Shown: piece after piece, positions 27,210-37,017 of the stretch
How positions within the stretch are numbered: the stretch's first letter is position 1
Layout: every line of letters starts with the position of its first letter
NCBI GenBank assembly: GCA_963726255.1
Contig: CAVSBL010000002.1
Span: 1,760,001 to 1,824,000 of the forward strand
Direction: 5' to 3'
DNA from: Candidatus Bathyarchaeota archaeon
GTDB lineage: Archaea; Thermoproteota; Bathyarchaeia; 40CM-2-53-6
DNA length: 64,000 bases
The notes under the pieces: model-generated
Databases searched by the model: none
What the model was told of the DNA's origin: nothing
The model's input: only the letters and a program-made list of their open reading frames with translations
Position numbers and translations under genes: made by a program

Positions 27210-28036
27210 GCATGTCAAACTTACGATCCGACCCTAGGCTCATCTACCTGCTGTTGGCTTTGGTAGTTACCGTACCAATACTCACGCATTCCATGATCCC
27301 AGTTCCTGTAACCTCAACGACGCAAGCATTGTACGACTTCATACAAAAACTGCCCGCCAACAGCCTCGTGGTCCTCAGCTTCGATTATTCGACGAGCGTC
27401 GTTCCTGAACTCCACCCTCAAGCCATAGTGGTAACGCAGCAGCTCTTCATGCGGCCGCTGAAGATTCTCTTCGTAGCACAATGGACCGACGGACCAGCCT
27501 TAGCCGACGCGGTTCTAGATGCAGTCGATAAAGGAAACAAAACCTATGGCGTCGATTACGCAACGTTAGGATATATTCCAAACTCGGCCACACTTCTCGG
27601 CATGACCACCGATATACGCCAATTCTTCCCCGTTGACACGCATGGCAACCCAACGGATGCGCTCCCGATAATCAAGGAATTTCCAGCCGCCAAACAAGCC
27701 GCGCTCGTCATCACCTTCGCAGCCGGTGAGCCGGGACTGTCGCAATACCTACAATATTGGCAAGCCCGTTTCAACATACCTGTAGCAGTCGGCGCCACTG
27801 CCTCCTCCGCTCCGGGTTACCTTCCGTTCTATAGTTCCGGCCAGCTCGTTGGGATCCTGGTCAGCATACGGGGAGCTGCGGAATATGAGATTCTCATTCA
27901 TAGAATAGGAATAAGTGGTGCGACCTCCGCCATGGTCGCCCAGTCAGCTGCACACCTTCTGATCTTTGCCATGGTAGTATTCGGCAATGTCGCCTACTTC
28001 GTCGCGAGGGGCAGAAGGAAGGACGGTGCGGAGTAA
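27206..28036 (+). CDS. Conserved hypothetical TM-globular-TM protein (DUF6754 cluster)
   Basis: ATG overlapping the previous stop; SFDY...PELHPQA, YGVDY..LGY and PFYSSGQL.G....RGAAEYE. Confidence 0.75.
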   Translation: MSMSNLRSDPRLIYLLLALVVTVPILTHSMIPVPVTSTTQALYDFIQKLPANSLVVLSFDYSTSVVPELHPQAIVVTQQLFMRPLKILFVAQWTDGPALADAVLDAVDKGNKTYGVDYATLGYIPNSATLLGMTTDIRQFFPVDTHGNPTDALPIIKEFPAAKQAALVITFAAGEPGLSQYLQYWQARFNIPVAVGATASSAPGYLPFYSSGQLVGILVSIRGAAEYEILIHRIGISGATSAMVAQSAAHLLIFAMVVFGNVAYFVARGRRKDGAE

Positions 28037-28804
28037 ATGGTAAACATAATCGACGTCATCGGCATTTGGGCAGCCGTCTTCGTAACGCTGATGGTCCTTA
28101 GCTTCCTGTACAAAGAGAACCCTTTCTTCCGCCTAACAGAATATGTTTTCATCGGTTTGAGTAGTGGGTATGGGTTCGCCGCGGCGCTGCGCCTCTTCAT
28201 CAACCAAGCCTTGAACCCCATCTTCATAGATGGAAGCCTAGCATTCATAATCCCCCTCGTCTTAGGCGCGTTATTCTACACTCAATTCACGAAGAAATAC
28301 TCCCTGTTCTACCGCCTTCCGTTAAGTCTGGCCATCGGCTACGGTTTGGGTGTAACTATCTGGAGCGTTATGGACGCGTACTTCGTCAGGCAAGTAAGCG
28401 CCACGATGCTTCCGCTCTTCACTGGCGACCTAATGACCACTGTCGACAACCTGGTTCTAGTCGTAGGCACCATCCTCTCCCTATCGTACTTCATCTTATC
28501 GCGCGAACAGAAAGGGGGTTGGGGGACCATAACGAGAATCGGGAAATACTTCGTCCTCATCACGCTTGGCGCAGTTTTCGGCAGCACGGTCTTAGGAAGA
28601 ATGCAAATCATAATTCAGCGAATTCAGTTCCTAACCGGCGACCCAGCCTTTCCTTGGCTCGCACTAAAAATGGGCACGGCGCAAGCGGGCAGCTACGCCC
28701 CCCTCGCAATCCTAGTATTTCTGCCAGTCTTCGGGTTCTACCTATATCGGGAACGCAAGGGCAAACCTAACAGCACATCCAAAGCGGGACGCGCTAGGGC
28801 TTAG
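28037..28804 (+). CDS. Conserved hypothetical multi-TM protein (DUF6754 cluster)
   Basis: TLMVLSFLYKENPFFRLTEYVFIG and GKYF.LITLGAVFG.TV.GR; abuts the previous gene. Confidence 0.75.
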   Translation: MVNIIDVIGIWAAVFVTLMVLSFLYKENPFFRLTEYVFIGLSSGYGFAAALRLFINQALNPIFIDGSLAFIIPLVLGALFYTQFTKKYSLFYRLPLSLAIGYGLGVTIWSVMDAYFVRQVSATMLPLFTGDLMTTVDNLVLVVGTILSLSYFILSREQKGGWGTITRIGKYFVLITLGAVFGSTVLGRMQIIIQRIQFLTGDPAFPWLALKMGTAQAGSYAPLAILVFLPVFGFYLYRERKGKPNSTSKAGRARA

Positions 28805-29072
28805 GTTTCGACAACGCCTCTATTCGCTCTATGATCCTGCCGACGTTCTCTTTCTTCATGAATAACCCAGTGTACTTTGGGCCTTCCAGTTCGAATAGCC
28901 ACTGAAGTGGGCCTAGGGCAACGATTGCAAGTTGGGACGCGATGAAAGAGAGGGGTCGCGTGACCTCTAGGAACATGATTGCGGGTGCTTCAAGCCCCTT
29001 GTCCACAACGAGTTTGGCAATATTGTCGATTAGCTTCCGTTCTTCTTCCTCGGTCAAATCGAACTCAGACAA
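28794..29072 (-). CDS. Conserved hypothetical protein downstream of kaiC-like gene
   Basis: LIDNIAKLVV..GLEAPAIMFLE..RPLSFIASQ. Confidence 0.7.
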   Translation of the reverse strand: MSEFDLTEEEERKLIDNIAKLVVDKGLEAPAIMFLEVTRPLSFIASQLAIVALGPLQWLFELEGPKYTGLFMKKENVGRIIERIEALSKPKP

Positions 29073-29095
29073 GACTGGCTAATCATCTTCTAGGC

Positions 29096-29881
29096 TCAGA
29101 CGGAGCGGAAGACTGTTTCCTCTGGGTAGACTTCGATGCCCTCGGCGGTTATCCTGTAGGGACACAACCTATCAGTGTGCTTAGCCCCACGCATCTTCCT
29201 GACCTCCAGCGCTTTCACGTTCGATTCTTCGACCCTGTACATGTGAAGAACAATAACCCCCTGCGCCAGAAAGGCCTCCGCACCGAACCTCGTCATATCC
29301 TGCCTATCTTCAGGATTCTCGGCTAGCATTATCGTTGTTAGGTCCATCTCAGTTAGCTCTTTGATTAGGCGTAGGGTCTGCTGGCGTATCTCGAAATCGT
29401 CCCTGTATTGCAAGGTGAGCGCTGAGATCGAGTCAATAACGCACCGCTTCGCGTTCACCTTTTTCTTAACTTCCTTGATTGCGTTTATCACGTCATCAAT
29501 CTTGAATTTCTCAGCACCCAAGAAATTCTGCCCAAGCGAAGGCGGCACGAAAGTGGTGGCTTTAGCCTCACGCTTGATTGGTGAAACATCAACGTAGGCG
29601 AACGTGCCTTGCTTCTCCGCGTCGGCAACATTCCACCCATACCGCTGAGAATTAGTCGTAATAGAGTAAGGCGGTTCATCGAACGTTACGTACATCCCAT
29701 TTTCTCCGTAATCGGTGAGCCCCTTGTACAGGTATTGTACTCCGAAGGTTGTCTTACCGGTCCCGGGTCCCCCAAGCAGCAGGAACCCGTACCCTCTCGG
29801 CAGGCCACCTTCGATAAGTTCGTCCAATCCCTTAATTCCGGTCTTAACTCTCTCACTCACACTCATTATGGAAGACTCCAT
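29096..29881 (-). CDS. KaiC/RAD55 family ATPase (single domain, intact)
   Basis: KTGIKGLDELIEGGLP, GGPGTGKT, YVTFDE, VIDSISAL and LEVRKMRG. Confidence 0.92.
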   Translation of the reverse strand: MESSIMSVSERVKTGIKGLDELIEGGLPRGYGFLLLGGPGTGKTTFGVQYLYKGLTDYGENGMYVTFDEPPYSITTNSQRYGWNVADAEKQGTFAYVDVSPIKREAKATTFVPPSLGQNFLGAEKFKIDDVINAIKEVKKKVNAKRCVIDSISALTLQYRDDFEIRQQTLRLIKELTEMDLTTIMLAENPEDRQDMTRFGAEAFLAQGVIVLHMYRVEESNVKALEVRKMRGAKHTDRLCPYRITAEGIEVYPEETVFRSV

Positions 29882-30006
29882 TCAACTTTCAGTGGCACAT
29901 GTGCTACGTTCGTTATGTGTTTACTCCACTAGGTTCCATCCTGGCCAAATAAACAGCACTATCGGTAAGTTCTTCAGTTCATTCGCTGAAGTTTCATGAA
30001 ACAAAC

Positions 30007-31515
30007 TTGAGGTTCGAGACTGTGGAGCACCTGCAACGCCTCGTTCAGGAACTAGCGTTGGCAGGATACCAGCTCGACCGTTCAGCATTCGACTATATCA
30101 GGTCACTAAACGAACCTGATGCGACAAGATTCGCCAAGAACCTTCTCGTAAAGATTGGAGAAACGCCTGAAGCGGGGCGGATTCTTACAAAGCAAGAATT
30201 GTTGGAACTCACCAAGAGCCCGCAGGCTCCCTTAACGCCTGCGTCGGTCTCAGTGACCATTCCGGCAAAACAGATCTCCTCGCGATTAGAAATTCTACGG
30301 GATCCGTCGAAAGAAAGCGGGACCGGGGGCAGCATCGACGACTTCTCACACTACTTTCGCGATAGATTTCACAAATTAACATCAGCCCTTCATGAACGAT
30401 ACGACACAAGGGACGCAACAAACATAGCCGACGCCCTAACCGCCGAGCAAAACAAGAAGGTGAAGTTCATTGCGATGGTTATGGAGAAGCGTGAGAGGCA
30501 GAGGAAGCTTTTCCTACAAATCGACGACCTAGAGGACGCCGCCACAGTCCTTGTTCAGCCGGAAGACCGAGCCGCATACGAAGTAGCGCAGAAGGTTCCG
30601 CTCGATCAGGTGATCTGCGTTTCCGGCGTACGCGCGAAGGGCGACCTGATTGTTGCAAAGGAGATCATGCTTCCCGACATACCCGACCACAAACCACACT
30701 TGGCTGATGAAGAGGTTTGGGCCGTACTCATCTCAGACATACACGCTGGCAGCAAGAAATTCCTCGGGGTTCAACTGGCCAGGGCGTTCGATTGGTTGAA
30801 CCTGAAGGTTGGCGGCCCGGAACAAAGAGCAATCGCTGAACGAACGAAATACCTAGTCATCTGCGGCGATATTGTTGACGGTATCGGAATTTACCCACGG
30901 CAAGAACAGGAATTAGCTATAGTCGACCTCTACGACCAGTACCGCGAAGCAGCAAAGTACGTGGGCATGATACCTGAACACATCGAGATGGTTGTGCTCC
31001 CGGGCAACCACGACCCAGTCAGGCAGGCGCTACCACAACCACCCATACCGAAAGATTTTGGAGAACCACTCTACGAATCGCGCGAATTCAAGTCCCTAGG
31101 TAACCCTGCCGAGGTCTCAATGCACGGGGTTAGGCTTCTCCTTCACCACGGCCGCAGCCTCGACGACATAATCACAAGCGTACCCAACATAGACTTCACC
31201 CAACCCGAAAAGGCGATGAGGCTTCAACTGCAATGCCGACACCTCGCCTCTGAGTATGGGAACAGAACCTCACTAGCCCCTGAGAAATCCGACCACTTAA
31301 TCATCGAAGACATCCCCGACATATTCCAGTCAGGGCACGTACACGTCGTGAAATACGAAAACTACAGGGGCACACAAATCATAAACTCCGGCGCCTGGCA
31401 AGCGCAAACCGACTACCAACGACGAGTCGGCTTGATTCCGACACCTGGAATACTGACCGCCGTAAACTTGCAAACCCTTCAAGTTCGTTTAATCAACTTC
31501 ATGGACACGAGCTAA
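30007..31515 (+). CDS. polB: DNA polymerase D small (DP1, proofreading) subunit
   Basis: YFRDRF, OB-fold, SDIH.GSK.F, GDIVDGIGIYP.Q, PGNHD, HGRSLDD, GHVH and NSGAWQ.QT.YQ. Confidence 0.96.
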   Translation: MRFETVEHLQRLVQELALAGYQLDRSAFDYIRSLNEPDATRFAKNLLVKIGETPEAGRILTKQELLELTKSPQAPLTPASVSVTIPAKQISSRLEILRDPSKESGTGGSIDDFSHYFRDRFHKLTSALHERYDTRDATNIADALTAEQNKKVKFIAMVMEKRERQRKLFLQIDDLEDAATVLVQPEDRAAYEVAQKVPLDQVICVSGVRAKGDLIVAKEIMLPDIPDHKPHLADEEVWAVLISDIHAGSKKFLGVQLARAFDWLNLKVGGPEQRAIAERTKYLVICGDIVDGIGIYPRQEQELAIVDLYDQYREAAKYVGMIPEHIEMVVLPGNHDPVRQALPQPPIPKDFGEPLYESREFKSLGNPAEVSMHGVRLLLHHGRSLDDIITSVPNIDFTQPEKAMRLQLQCRHLASEYGNRTSLAPEKSDHLIIEDIPDIFQSGHVHVVKYENYRGTQIINSGAWQAQTDYQRRVGLIPTPGILTAVNLQTLQVRLINFMDTS

Positions 31516-31571
31516 ATGGCAGAATGCTAATTGCGTGAAAGCGCCCGTTCGGAAACAGAGAGCTGGGAAAA

Positions 31572-31763
31572 TTGCCACCAAAATTGACGTTGCTATGCTC
31601 GAAATGTCGCACTTCATTTGAAAAAACTGGCTGGATTATCGGCGCGAGGGCAGGAATCGGAGGAATTCCCGGTTACGCTTGGTACTACGTCAAATGCCCT
31701 CACTGTAGCGAAAGACACTGGAACAAGCTCATTCACCTTGAAATAGGCGAACGACCGCAATAA
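31572..31763 (+). CDS. Small zinc-finger protein
   Basis: CSKC ... YVKCPHC....W. Confidence 0.6.
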   Translation: MPPKLTLLCSKCRTSFEKTGWIIGARAGIGGIPGYAWYYVKCPHCSERHWNKLIHLEIGERPQ

Positions 31764-31857
31764 ACGCACGCTAAATCAAGAACGTGCAGTATTGTTCGTC
31801 GCCCAGCTGATTTCGTACTTAGCTGCCGTGATTCTTACAACATGAGAGGAGTCGAGT

Positions 31858-32178
31858 GTGAATCAATATCTCTATAGAATTCAACCCACCCGCCTTGAAA
31901 TGGTTACGAACGGACCAACAGACGAGGAAGCCTCAATTCTTTCGGAGCATTTCAACTATCTCCAATCGCTCACAAAACAAGGCGTCGTGCTGGTTTTCGG
32001 CCGCACGCAAAACAACGACCCGTCAACCTTCGGCATCACCATCTTCCGCGCTGAATCTGAGAACGCGGCCCGCTCGATAATGAACAATGATCCTGCAGTC
32101 AAAAAGGGCCTAATGCGGGCGGAACTATTTCCTTACAAAGTCGCTGGCTTGGATGCCAGCAACTGGGCAGCCGACTGA
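31858..32178 (+). CDS. YciI family protein
   Basis: EHFNYL..L...G....GRT and A...M.NDPAV..G.M..EL.PY. Confidence 0.85.
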   Translation: MNQYLYRIQPTRLEMVTNGPTDEEASILSEHFNYLQSLTKQGVVLVFGRTQNNDPSTFGITIFRAESENAARSIMNNDPAVKKGLMRAELFPYKVAGLDASNWAAD

Positions 32179-32283
32179 TCGACGAATGCACTGTGACTAT
32201 TGTTTACCCCTTTCTCAACGAATCACTGAAGCCAGAGTTCAAATTACGATACCAGCACTTGACAGGTACTCGCGTCCCGTGAG

Positions 32284-33060
32284 GTGAGAACCACGAGTGA
32301 TGGACAAACGATGAAGGAACCGGAGTACGGCAATTGGGTGTCCGCCAAATTGCTCTATGCCTCGGTTGCGATGAGCCTTCTATTCCTGTGCCTATCGTTT
32401 GTGGTCTCCATCCTCGTCGTTGGAGCAGTTCCATTTCTCTTGTCACTCGCCTATTTTGCGTATGCGCGCCGCACGTTCTCACAGCGAGGAGGAAACCTAC
32501 AGGCCCGAATCCGCAACCTCGTGATTGAGCACTTAAATTGGGAAGGAGAGGGCAAAGCGCTCGACATCGGATGTGGAAATGGTCCGTTGGCGATCAAGCT
32601 GGCAAACCGACACCCTAACGCTCACGTGACCGGGATTGATTATTGGGGCGGCATGTGGGAATACTCGGAAACGGTCTGCGAGAGGAATGCGGAAATCGTA
32701 GGTGTCGCTGACCGTATAACTTTCCAAAAGGCAAGCGCAGCCTCCCTGCCATTCGAAGACGAATCATTCGATGCAGTAGTCAGCAACCTCGTATTTCACG
32801 AGGTACGCGACGTCAAAGACAAAAGAGAACTGGTCAAGGAAGCTTTGAGAACGGTCAAGAAAGGCGGAGCATTCTCTTTTCAGGATCTGTTCCTTTCAAA
32901 GGAATATTTTGGAGATGTCGATGGTCTGCTCGCGACGATCAAGAGCTGGGGGGTCAGAGAGGTGGTGTTTGTGAACACAAGTGATTCCGAGTTCATACCG
33001 AAAGCGCTGAGACTCCCGTTCATGCTCGGGAGAATAGGCATCGTCTACGGAACAAAGTGA
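32284..33060 (+). CDS. Class I SAM-dependent methyltransferase with N-terminal TM
   Basis: ALDIGCGNG, GIDYW and LPFEDESFDAVVSNLVFHEV. Confidence 0.9.
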   Translation: MRTTSDGQTMKEPEYGNWVSAKLLYASVAMSLLFLCLSFVVSILVVGAVPFLLSLAYFAYARRTFSQRGGNLQARIRNLVIEHLNWEGEGKALDIGCGNGPLAIKLANRHPNAHVTGIDYWGGMWEYSETVCERNAEIVGVADRITFQKASAASLPFEDESFDAVVSNLVFHEVRDVKDKRELVKEALRTVKKGGAFSFQDLFLSKEYFGDVDGLLATIKSWGVREVVFVNTSDSEFIPKALRLPFMLGRIGIVYGTK

Positions 33061-33157
33061 TGTGGTGGTTGTGGGAGTGGAAGATTCGGGGAGCAGCCCG
33101 ATAGTGTCATTATCGAGAAGGCGCAGTGCTTCCGATTTTGTGTATGGTTGGGTCGGC

Positions 33158-34204
33158 CTAAGTTTTCGTGCTCTTGCTGCTTTTCCTTAACGCCCAGAAA
33201 GCCATGGCGATTCCTATCAGGCCTATGATTATGCCACTCATGCCGAGCGTTGTTGCCGTGCTTATTTGCTGCCCAAATGAACCTGTCTGCGAGACCGGGA
33301 GCACAATCACTTCACCTACCATACCGGCTATGTGGCCGTTTTCGACCGCCGAGTGATACTTACAGTAGTAGAGGTAGGTTCCAGGGTTGTTGAAAGTATA
33401 GCTGAACGTATCCATTCCGGGTACTGGTGCCATTGCTCCGCCTAGCAACGCTACGCCCTGATCATTGACTGCAGGCACTTGGTCTATCGTAATGCCTGGG
33501 GGCGCAATCATGGGGCTTGAGTCGAACAACGTGCCAAGAACCTGGGTGCCATTTGGCAATGTTACGACTGAGACAACGGTGTGTACTTCAAAGCCGGAAA
33601 GGTTTTGGAAAATCACTTTCGTTCCCCATGGGACTGCGATGTTGTTCGGCAAGAATTGCTCAACCTCTGTAGGTCCGCTCGAGACGCCAGTTACGACGGT
33701 GAACTGCGAACCAGGAGAAGCTGTTTGATTTGTTACCGTCAGCGTTCCATTCATTCCCGAATCCTGATGGAGGGTACACAAGAACCCGTAGGTTCCCGGG
33801 CTAAGCTTGCTAGTATCTAAGACAAAGCTGCCACCAGGTGGGATGAAACCCCCAGGACCAAATACGAACGGAGGTAAAGGAAACGAAACCTTCGGGTTCG
33901 AGTCAAACAACGGCGTACCGTCGGCCGTGACGTTCTCTGAGGTCACAGTATGTGGTCCGTCTAGAGCCTTCCAAACAATAGTATCGCCTGCATTGATGAC
34001 CATCACTGAGGGGCTGAAGCCCATATACATCGACTCCCCGCCCGGATGCGGCAGGTCGCCCCCCACAAACACTGTGTGCGTTGTGGGAGAATTCTGCGCA
34101 AACGCACTGGACGGCAGAGCAAGTGCGATTACTAGAGTCAGAGAAAGGACAACGATTGCCGCGAACAATTTCCCAGTGTGTGTACTCAGACTGATCTTGA
34201 CCAT
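33158..34204 (-). CDS. Membrane-anchored two-domain cupredoxin (blue copper) protein
   Basis: Signal peptide; two type-1 Cu sets HTV...CTLH...M and HTV...CKYH...M; C-terminal TM plus basic tail. Confidence 0.85.
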   Translation of the reverse strand: MVKISLSTHTGKLFAAIVVLSLTLVIALALPSSAFAQNSPTTHTVFVGGDLPHPGGESMYMGFSPSVMVINAGDTIVWKALDGPHTVTSENVTADGTPLFDSNPKVSFPLPPFVFGPGGFIPPGGSFVLDTSKLSPGTYGFLCTLHQDSGMNGTLTVTNQTASPGSQFTVVTGVSSGPTEVEQFLPNNIAVPWGTKVIFQNLSGFEVHTVVSVVTLPNGTQVLGTLFDSSPMIAPPGITIDQVPAVNDQGVALLGGAMAPVPGMDTFSYTFNNPGTYLYYCKYHSAVENGHIAGMVGEVIVLPVSQTGSFGQQISTATTLGMSGIIIGLIGIAMAFWALRKSSKSTKT

Positions 34205-34219
34205 ATCAACATCAACGCA

Positions 34220-34864
34220 TTATTTTGACGCCGCTGAAATGAAACCATCATTATTAAGTTTGGTTAAGGGGCTGAGGCCTCTCGCGACCATTCCGGCTAC
34301 GCGGATTGGTTCGGGCAGCCGCGAAATTGTAGCTGCGAAAGCGATGGCCTTCCTGGCAAATGACGGTGAAGTGCCTTTGACTTCGAAGTAGAGTTTGGCT
34401 TCTTTGGGGTGTGGTTTGAAGTTGTAGAGCGGGCCGGCGTTCTGGACTATTCGCCAGCGCTCCGCCCAATCGGTAAAATGTTTTCGCAGAGCGCGCCTGA
34501 CGGCTGTGTTATTCGGCTGCTCTTTGCTGATTGCGACGATGGGCTTCCGGGTGGACCGGGCGAGTTCTTGAATGTCAACGAGGTTGAAGCCTCCGAAAGA
34601 AATGCCGGATAGCATCACAACATCGAATCTGAGGGCCTTGAGCATAGATGCTAAGACTCGGTTGGCGTCCCTTCCGTCAACTTCTATCAGTCCCAGCCTC
34701 ACAGCGGAGATGGTTGAATGTTGGAAGAGCACTGCCGCTAGGAGGGCGTGTTGCTTAACCTTCTGCGTTATCTGGAATGTTCCGTCGTCTACTCCTACAA
34801 TTCTCAGGTTATTTCTGGTGTTTCTGAAGTGACTTCGGGACATATCCGAAGAGTCTGCCTGCAA
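34220..34864 (-). CDS. DUF99 / endonuclease V-like protein
   Basis: RIVGVDDG, IEVDGRDA, LSGISFGGFNLVD and RLPEPIRVA; start uncertain (overlaps the cdc6 end). Confidence 0.85.
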   Translation of the reverse strand: MQADSSDMSRSHFRNTRNNLRIVGVDDGTFQITQKVKQHALLAAVLFQHSTISAVRLGLIEVDGRDANRVLASMLKALRFDVVMLSGISFGGFNLVDIQELARSTRKPIVAISKEQPNNTAVRRALRKHFTDWAERWRIVQNAGPLYNFKPHPKEAKLYFEVKGTSPSFARKAIAFAATISRLPEPIRVAGMVARGLSPLTKLNNDGFISAASK

Positions 34865-36068
34865 GGTTGTCCTCGGCGTAAGTGTCCGCGATGACTCGTG
34901 GTGAGACGCCTATTCTTATCTTCTTGGTTCGGCCGTACCGCCCGAAACTTACCACGCGCGCATTCAAGATGCCCATTACGTCTAATTCGTTGATCAAGCC
35001 GCTAACCCTACGTTGTGTTAGGGGCTCCAAGTCGCTTGTTGAGCAGAGTTCATGGTACACTTCGTACACGTCGCCTGTAATCGCACCTCCAGGAAGGTGG
35101 TTGCTGAGCAGGTAGGCACTTACGAGGAGTATTTTCGAGTGCGCTGGGAGGGACTTCAAGACCTCCGACACCCGGTCATGTTCAATTTTCTGTTGGGCTA
35201 GTCGTACGTGCTGCTCAAGGATACGTGTCGCACTTTCGCGTTCCGCTAACTCGCCTGCCACCCGGAGAAGGTCTAGGGCGCGTCGAGCATCACCATGCTC
35301 CCCAGCCGCGAGAGCGGAACAAAGCCTCAAGGCGTTTTCATCCAGGCGGCCGTTAATGAAAGCCAGCTTCGCCCGATCCATCAAAATATCGAAGAGCTCA
35401 TTGGCCAAGTATGGCCGAAAGACCACTTCTTCTTCGCTAAGAGAGCTTAGAACCCGTGGGTCCAAGAATTCCTTAAAGTGAAGGTCGTTTGAAATTCCCA
35501 CGAGGCTAATCCAGGATGAATTTAGGTTCTCGTTGATCCTTGTCAACTCGTACAGCAACGAGTCATCCGCGCTATGTCGTATGAGGGCATCAATCTCGTC
35601 CAACGTAACGAGCAGCGCAGTTCGATCCGCGTTTATCCCGTTAGAGAATCGGTCGAGCAATTCGCCAACTGCAATGCCTGTGAAAGGCACTTCCACACCC
35701 ACAGCCCTGCATATCTCGGCGAGCACTCGGTAGTTTGTCCCCGCCAGACGGCAGTTGATGTAAGCGATCTTAACCGGTGCTCCGATTTCCGTAGCTTTCT
35801 TCTCAAGTTTGCCAAGAACAAATTTCGTGACGATCGTCTTACCAGTGCCCGTTTTACCGTAAACAAACACGTTCGATATCTTCGACTCTTGAAGCGCGGG
35901 TGCGAGGATCCCGGCCAGGCGCTGGATATGTTCGTCCCTGTGCGGTAGGTGGATTGGCATGTAATCATGTCGAAGAACGTCCCTATCCTCGAAAATCTTT
36001 GCAGTCGACAGGTACTTGTCGAACAAAGTCTCCATAACATCTGTTGCTGGTAAAGAAAACCTCTCCAC
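34809..36068 (-). CDS. cdc6: Orc1/Cdc6 replication initiator
   Basis: LRHDYMP..LPHRD, YGKTGTGKT, LDEID, LDPRVLSSL, GDARRALDLLR and GRYGRTK wHTH. Confidence 0.97.
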   Translation of the reverse strand: MERFSLPATDVMETLFDKYLSTAKIFEDRDVLRHDYMPIHLPHRDEHIQRLAGILAPALQESKISNVFVYGKTGTGKTIVTKFVLGKLEKKATEIGAPVKIAYINCRLAGTNYRVLAEICRAVGVEVPFTGIAVGELLDRFSNGINADRTALLVTLDEIDALIRHSADDSLLYELTRINENLNSSWISLVGISNDLHFKEFLDPRVLSSLSEEEVVFRPYLANELFDILMDRAKLAFINGRLDENALRLCSALAAGEHGDARRALDLLRVAGELAERESATRILEQHVRLAQQKIEHDRVSEVLKSLPAHSKILLVSAYLLSNHLPGGAITGDVYEVYHELCSTSDLEPLTQRRVSGLINELDVMGILNARVVSFGRYGRTKKIRIGVSPRVIADTYAEDNLAGRLFGYVPKSLQKHQK

Positions 36069-36609
36069 TGGTTATGGCGCTATTGCATGTTGAAAAGTAG
36101 CTAACCATTCTTGTACAAGAAAACCAACTTGTGCCAGTGGAAACTTCTAATACAAATCAAGGGCGTACTCGCGAAAAATGGTGTAACTTCAGTAATAATT
36201 TGAAAAACTGACCCCCACACCCCTATGGTTCCACTCCAAGTATGCGGTTAGGAGAAATGGTTTGTAATCTGTTAAGAAGAACCCGGTAATGGTAATGCAC
36301 TCGTAATGTAAAGGATAGCGTATTTGTTTCGTTGTATAATATACTCTAATTTTTAGTGGAAGCACTCGTGTTGCCGTTCTTAGTATTGTTATTGAAGCCA
36401 TGGAATGATCAATATCGGATGGAAAGTCCAGTCGAAATGAAGGGGTTAGGGAAACGGTTTCTGAACGACATTACTACGGTTCACCTGTTGTCATCTGTGG
36501 ACTGTTGTAATAACCCCTCTATTTCCACTGTAAGCTTAGAATTGCTACTGGAAGCAAGGAAATCTTCGCCTCCACAGTTAAGTTCAACTTATAACATGTT
36601 GAGTGTTAT
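36069..36609. other. Chromosomal replication origin (oriC) with ORB elements and AT-rich DUE
   Basis: ORB-like boxes: GCCAGTGGAAAC (36133-44,+), GGAGTGGAACCATAGGGG (about 36220-37,-), TCCAGTCGAAATGAAGGGGT (36427-46,+), TACAGTGGAAATAGAGGGGT (36513-32,-). AT-rich stretch at about 36321-36355; directly upstream of cdc6. Confidence 0.85.
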
Positions 36610-36621
36610 TTGTGGTCGCCC

Positions 36622-37017
36622 ATGAAGAAGCGAATCAAGCTCGAGTTCTTCGATCGCACAGGCGTTAAGCACAGCATTGCAATCGAAGGCGACGTCACTG
36701 CCGATAAAGTAAACCATCTCCTAGAATACGCTGAGATTGTTGCCGGGTCCTCAAATCAGAGGATCCCACTGGCGCCAGGCGCGCAGGATAGCAAGATGAA
36801 CAGGTTGCTGGATGTGATCAACACTCGTTTGGTTGACCGCAGCTTTGACTCGAGGGAGATTCTTCAGTCCTACAGGGAGGCTTGGGGAGATGAGTTCACA
36901 TTGGGGGCCGTTTCAACATACCTCTCCCGTTTAGCGGATCGGGGCACTTTAGAGAGGACGGGCTCGCCCTCTCACTGGTTCTACCGGCTTAAGTCTTCTC
37001 CGACGCTTTCTCCGTAA
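36622..37017 (+). CDS. Hypothetical protein with C-terminal winged helix
   Basis: Small beta-rich N-domain, then FDSREI...Y...LGAVSTYLSRLADRG.L.R.G....Y. Confidence 0.75.
   Translation: MKKRIKLEFFDRTGVKHSIAIEGDVTADKVNHLLEYAEIVAGSSNQRIPLAPGAQDSKMNRLLDVINTRLVDRSFDSREILQSYREAWGDEFTLGAVSTYLSRLADRGTLERTGSPSHWFYRLKSSPTLSP

Noticed and set aside
36622-37017. Z-alpha (Z-DNA-binding) domain suggested by the P..W wing
   Set aside because: The Asn and Tyr of the Z-alpha recognition helix are absent; a generic wHTH is sufficient.
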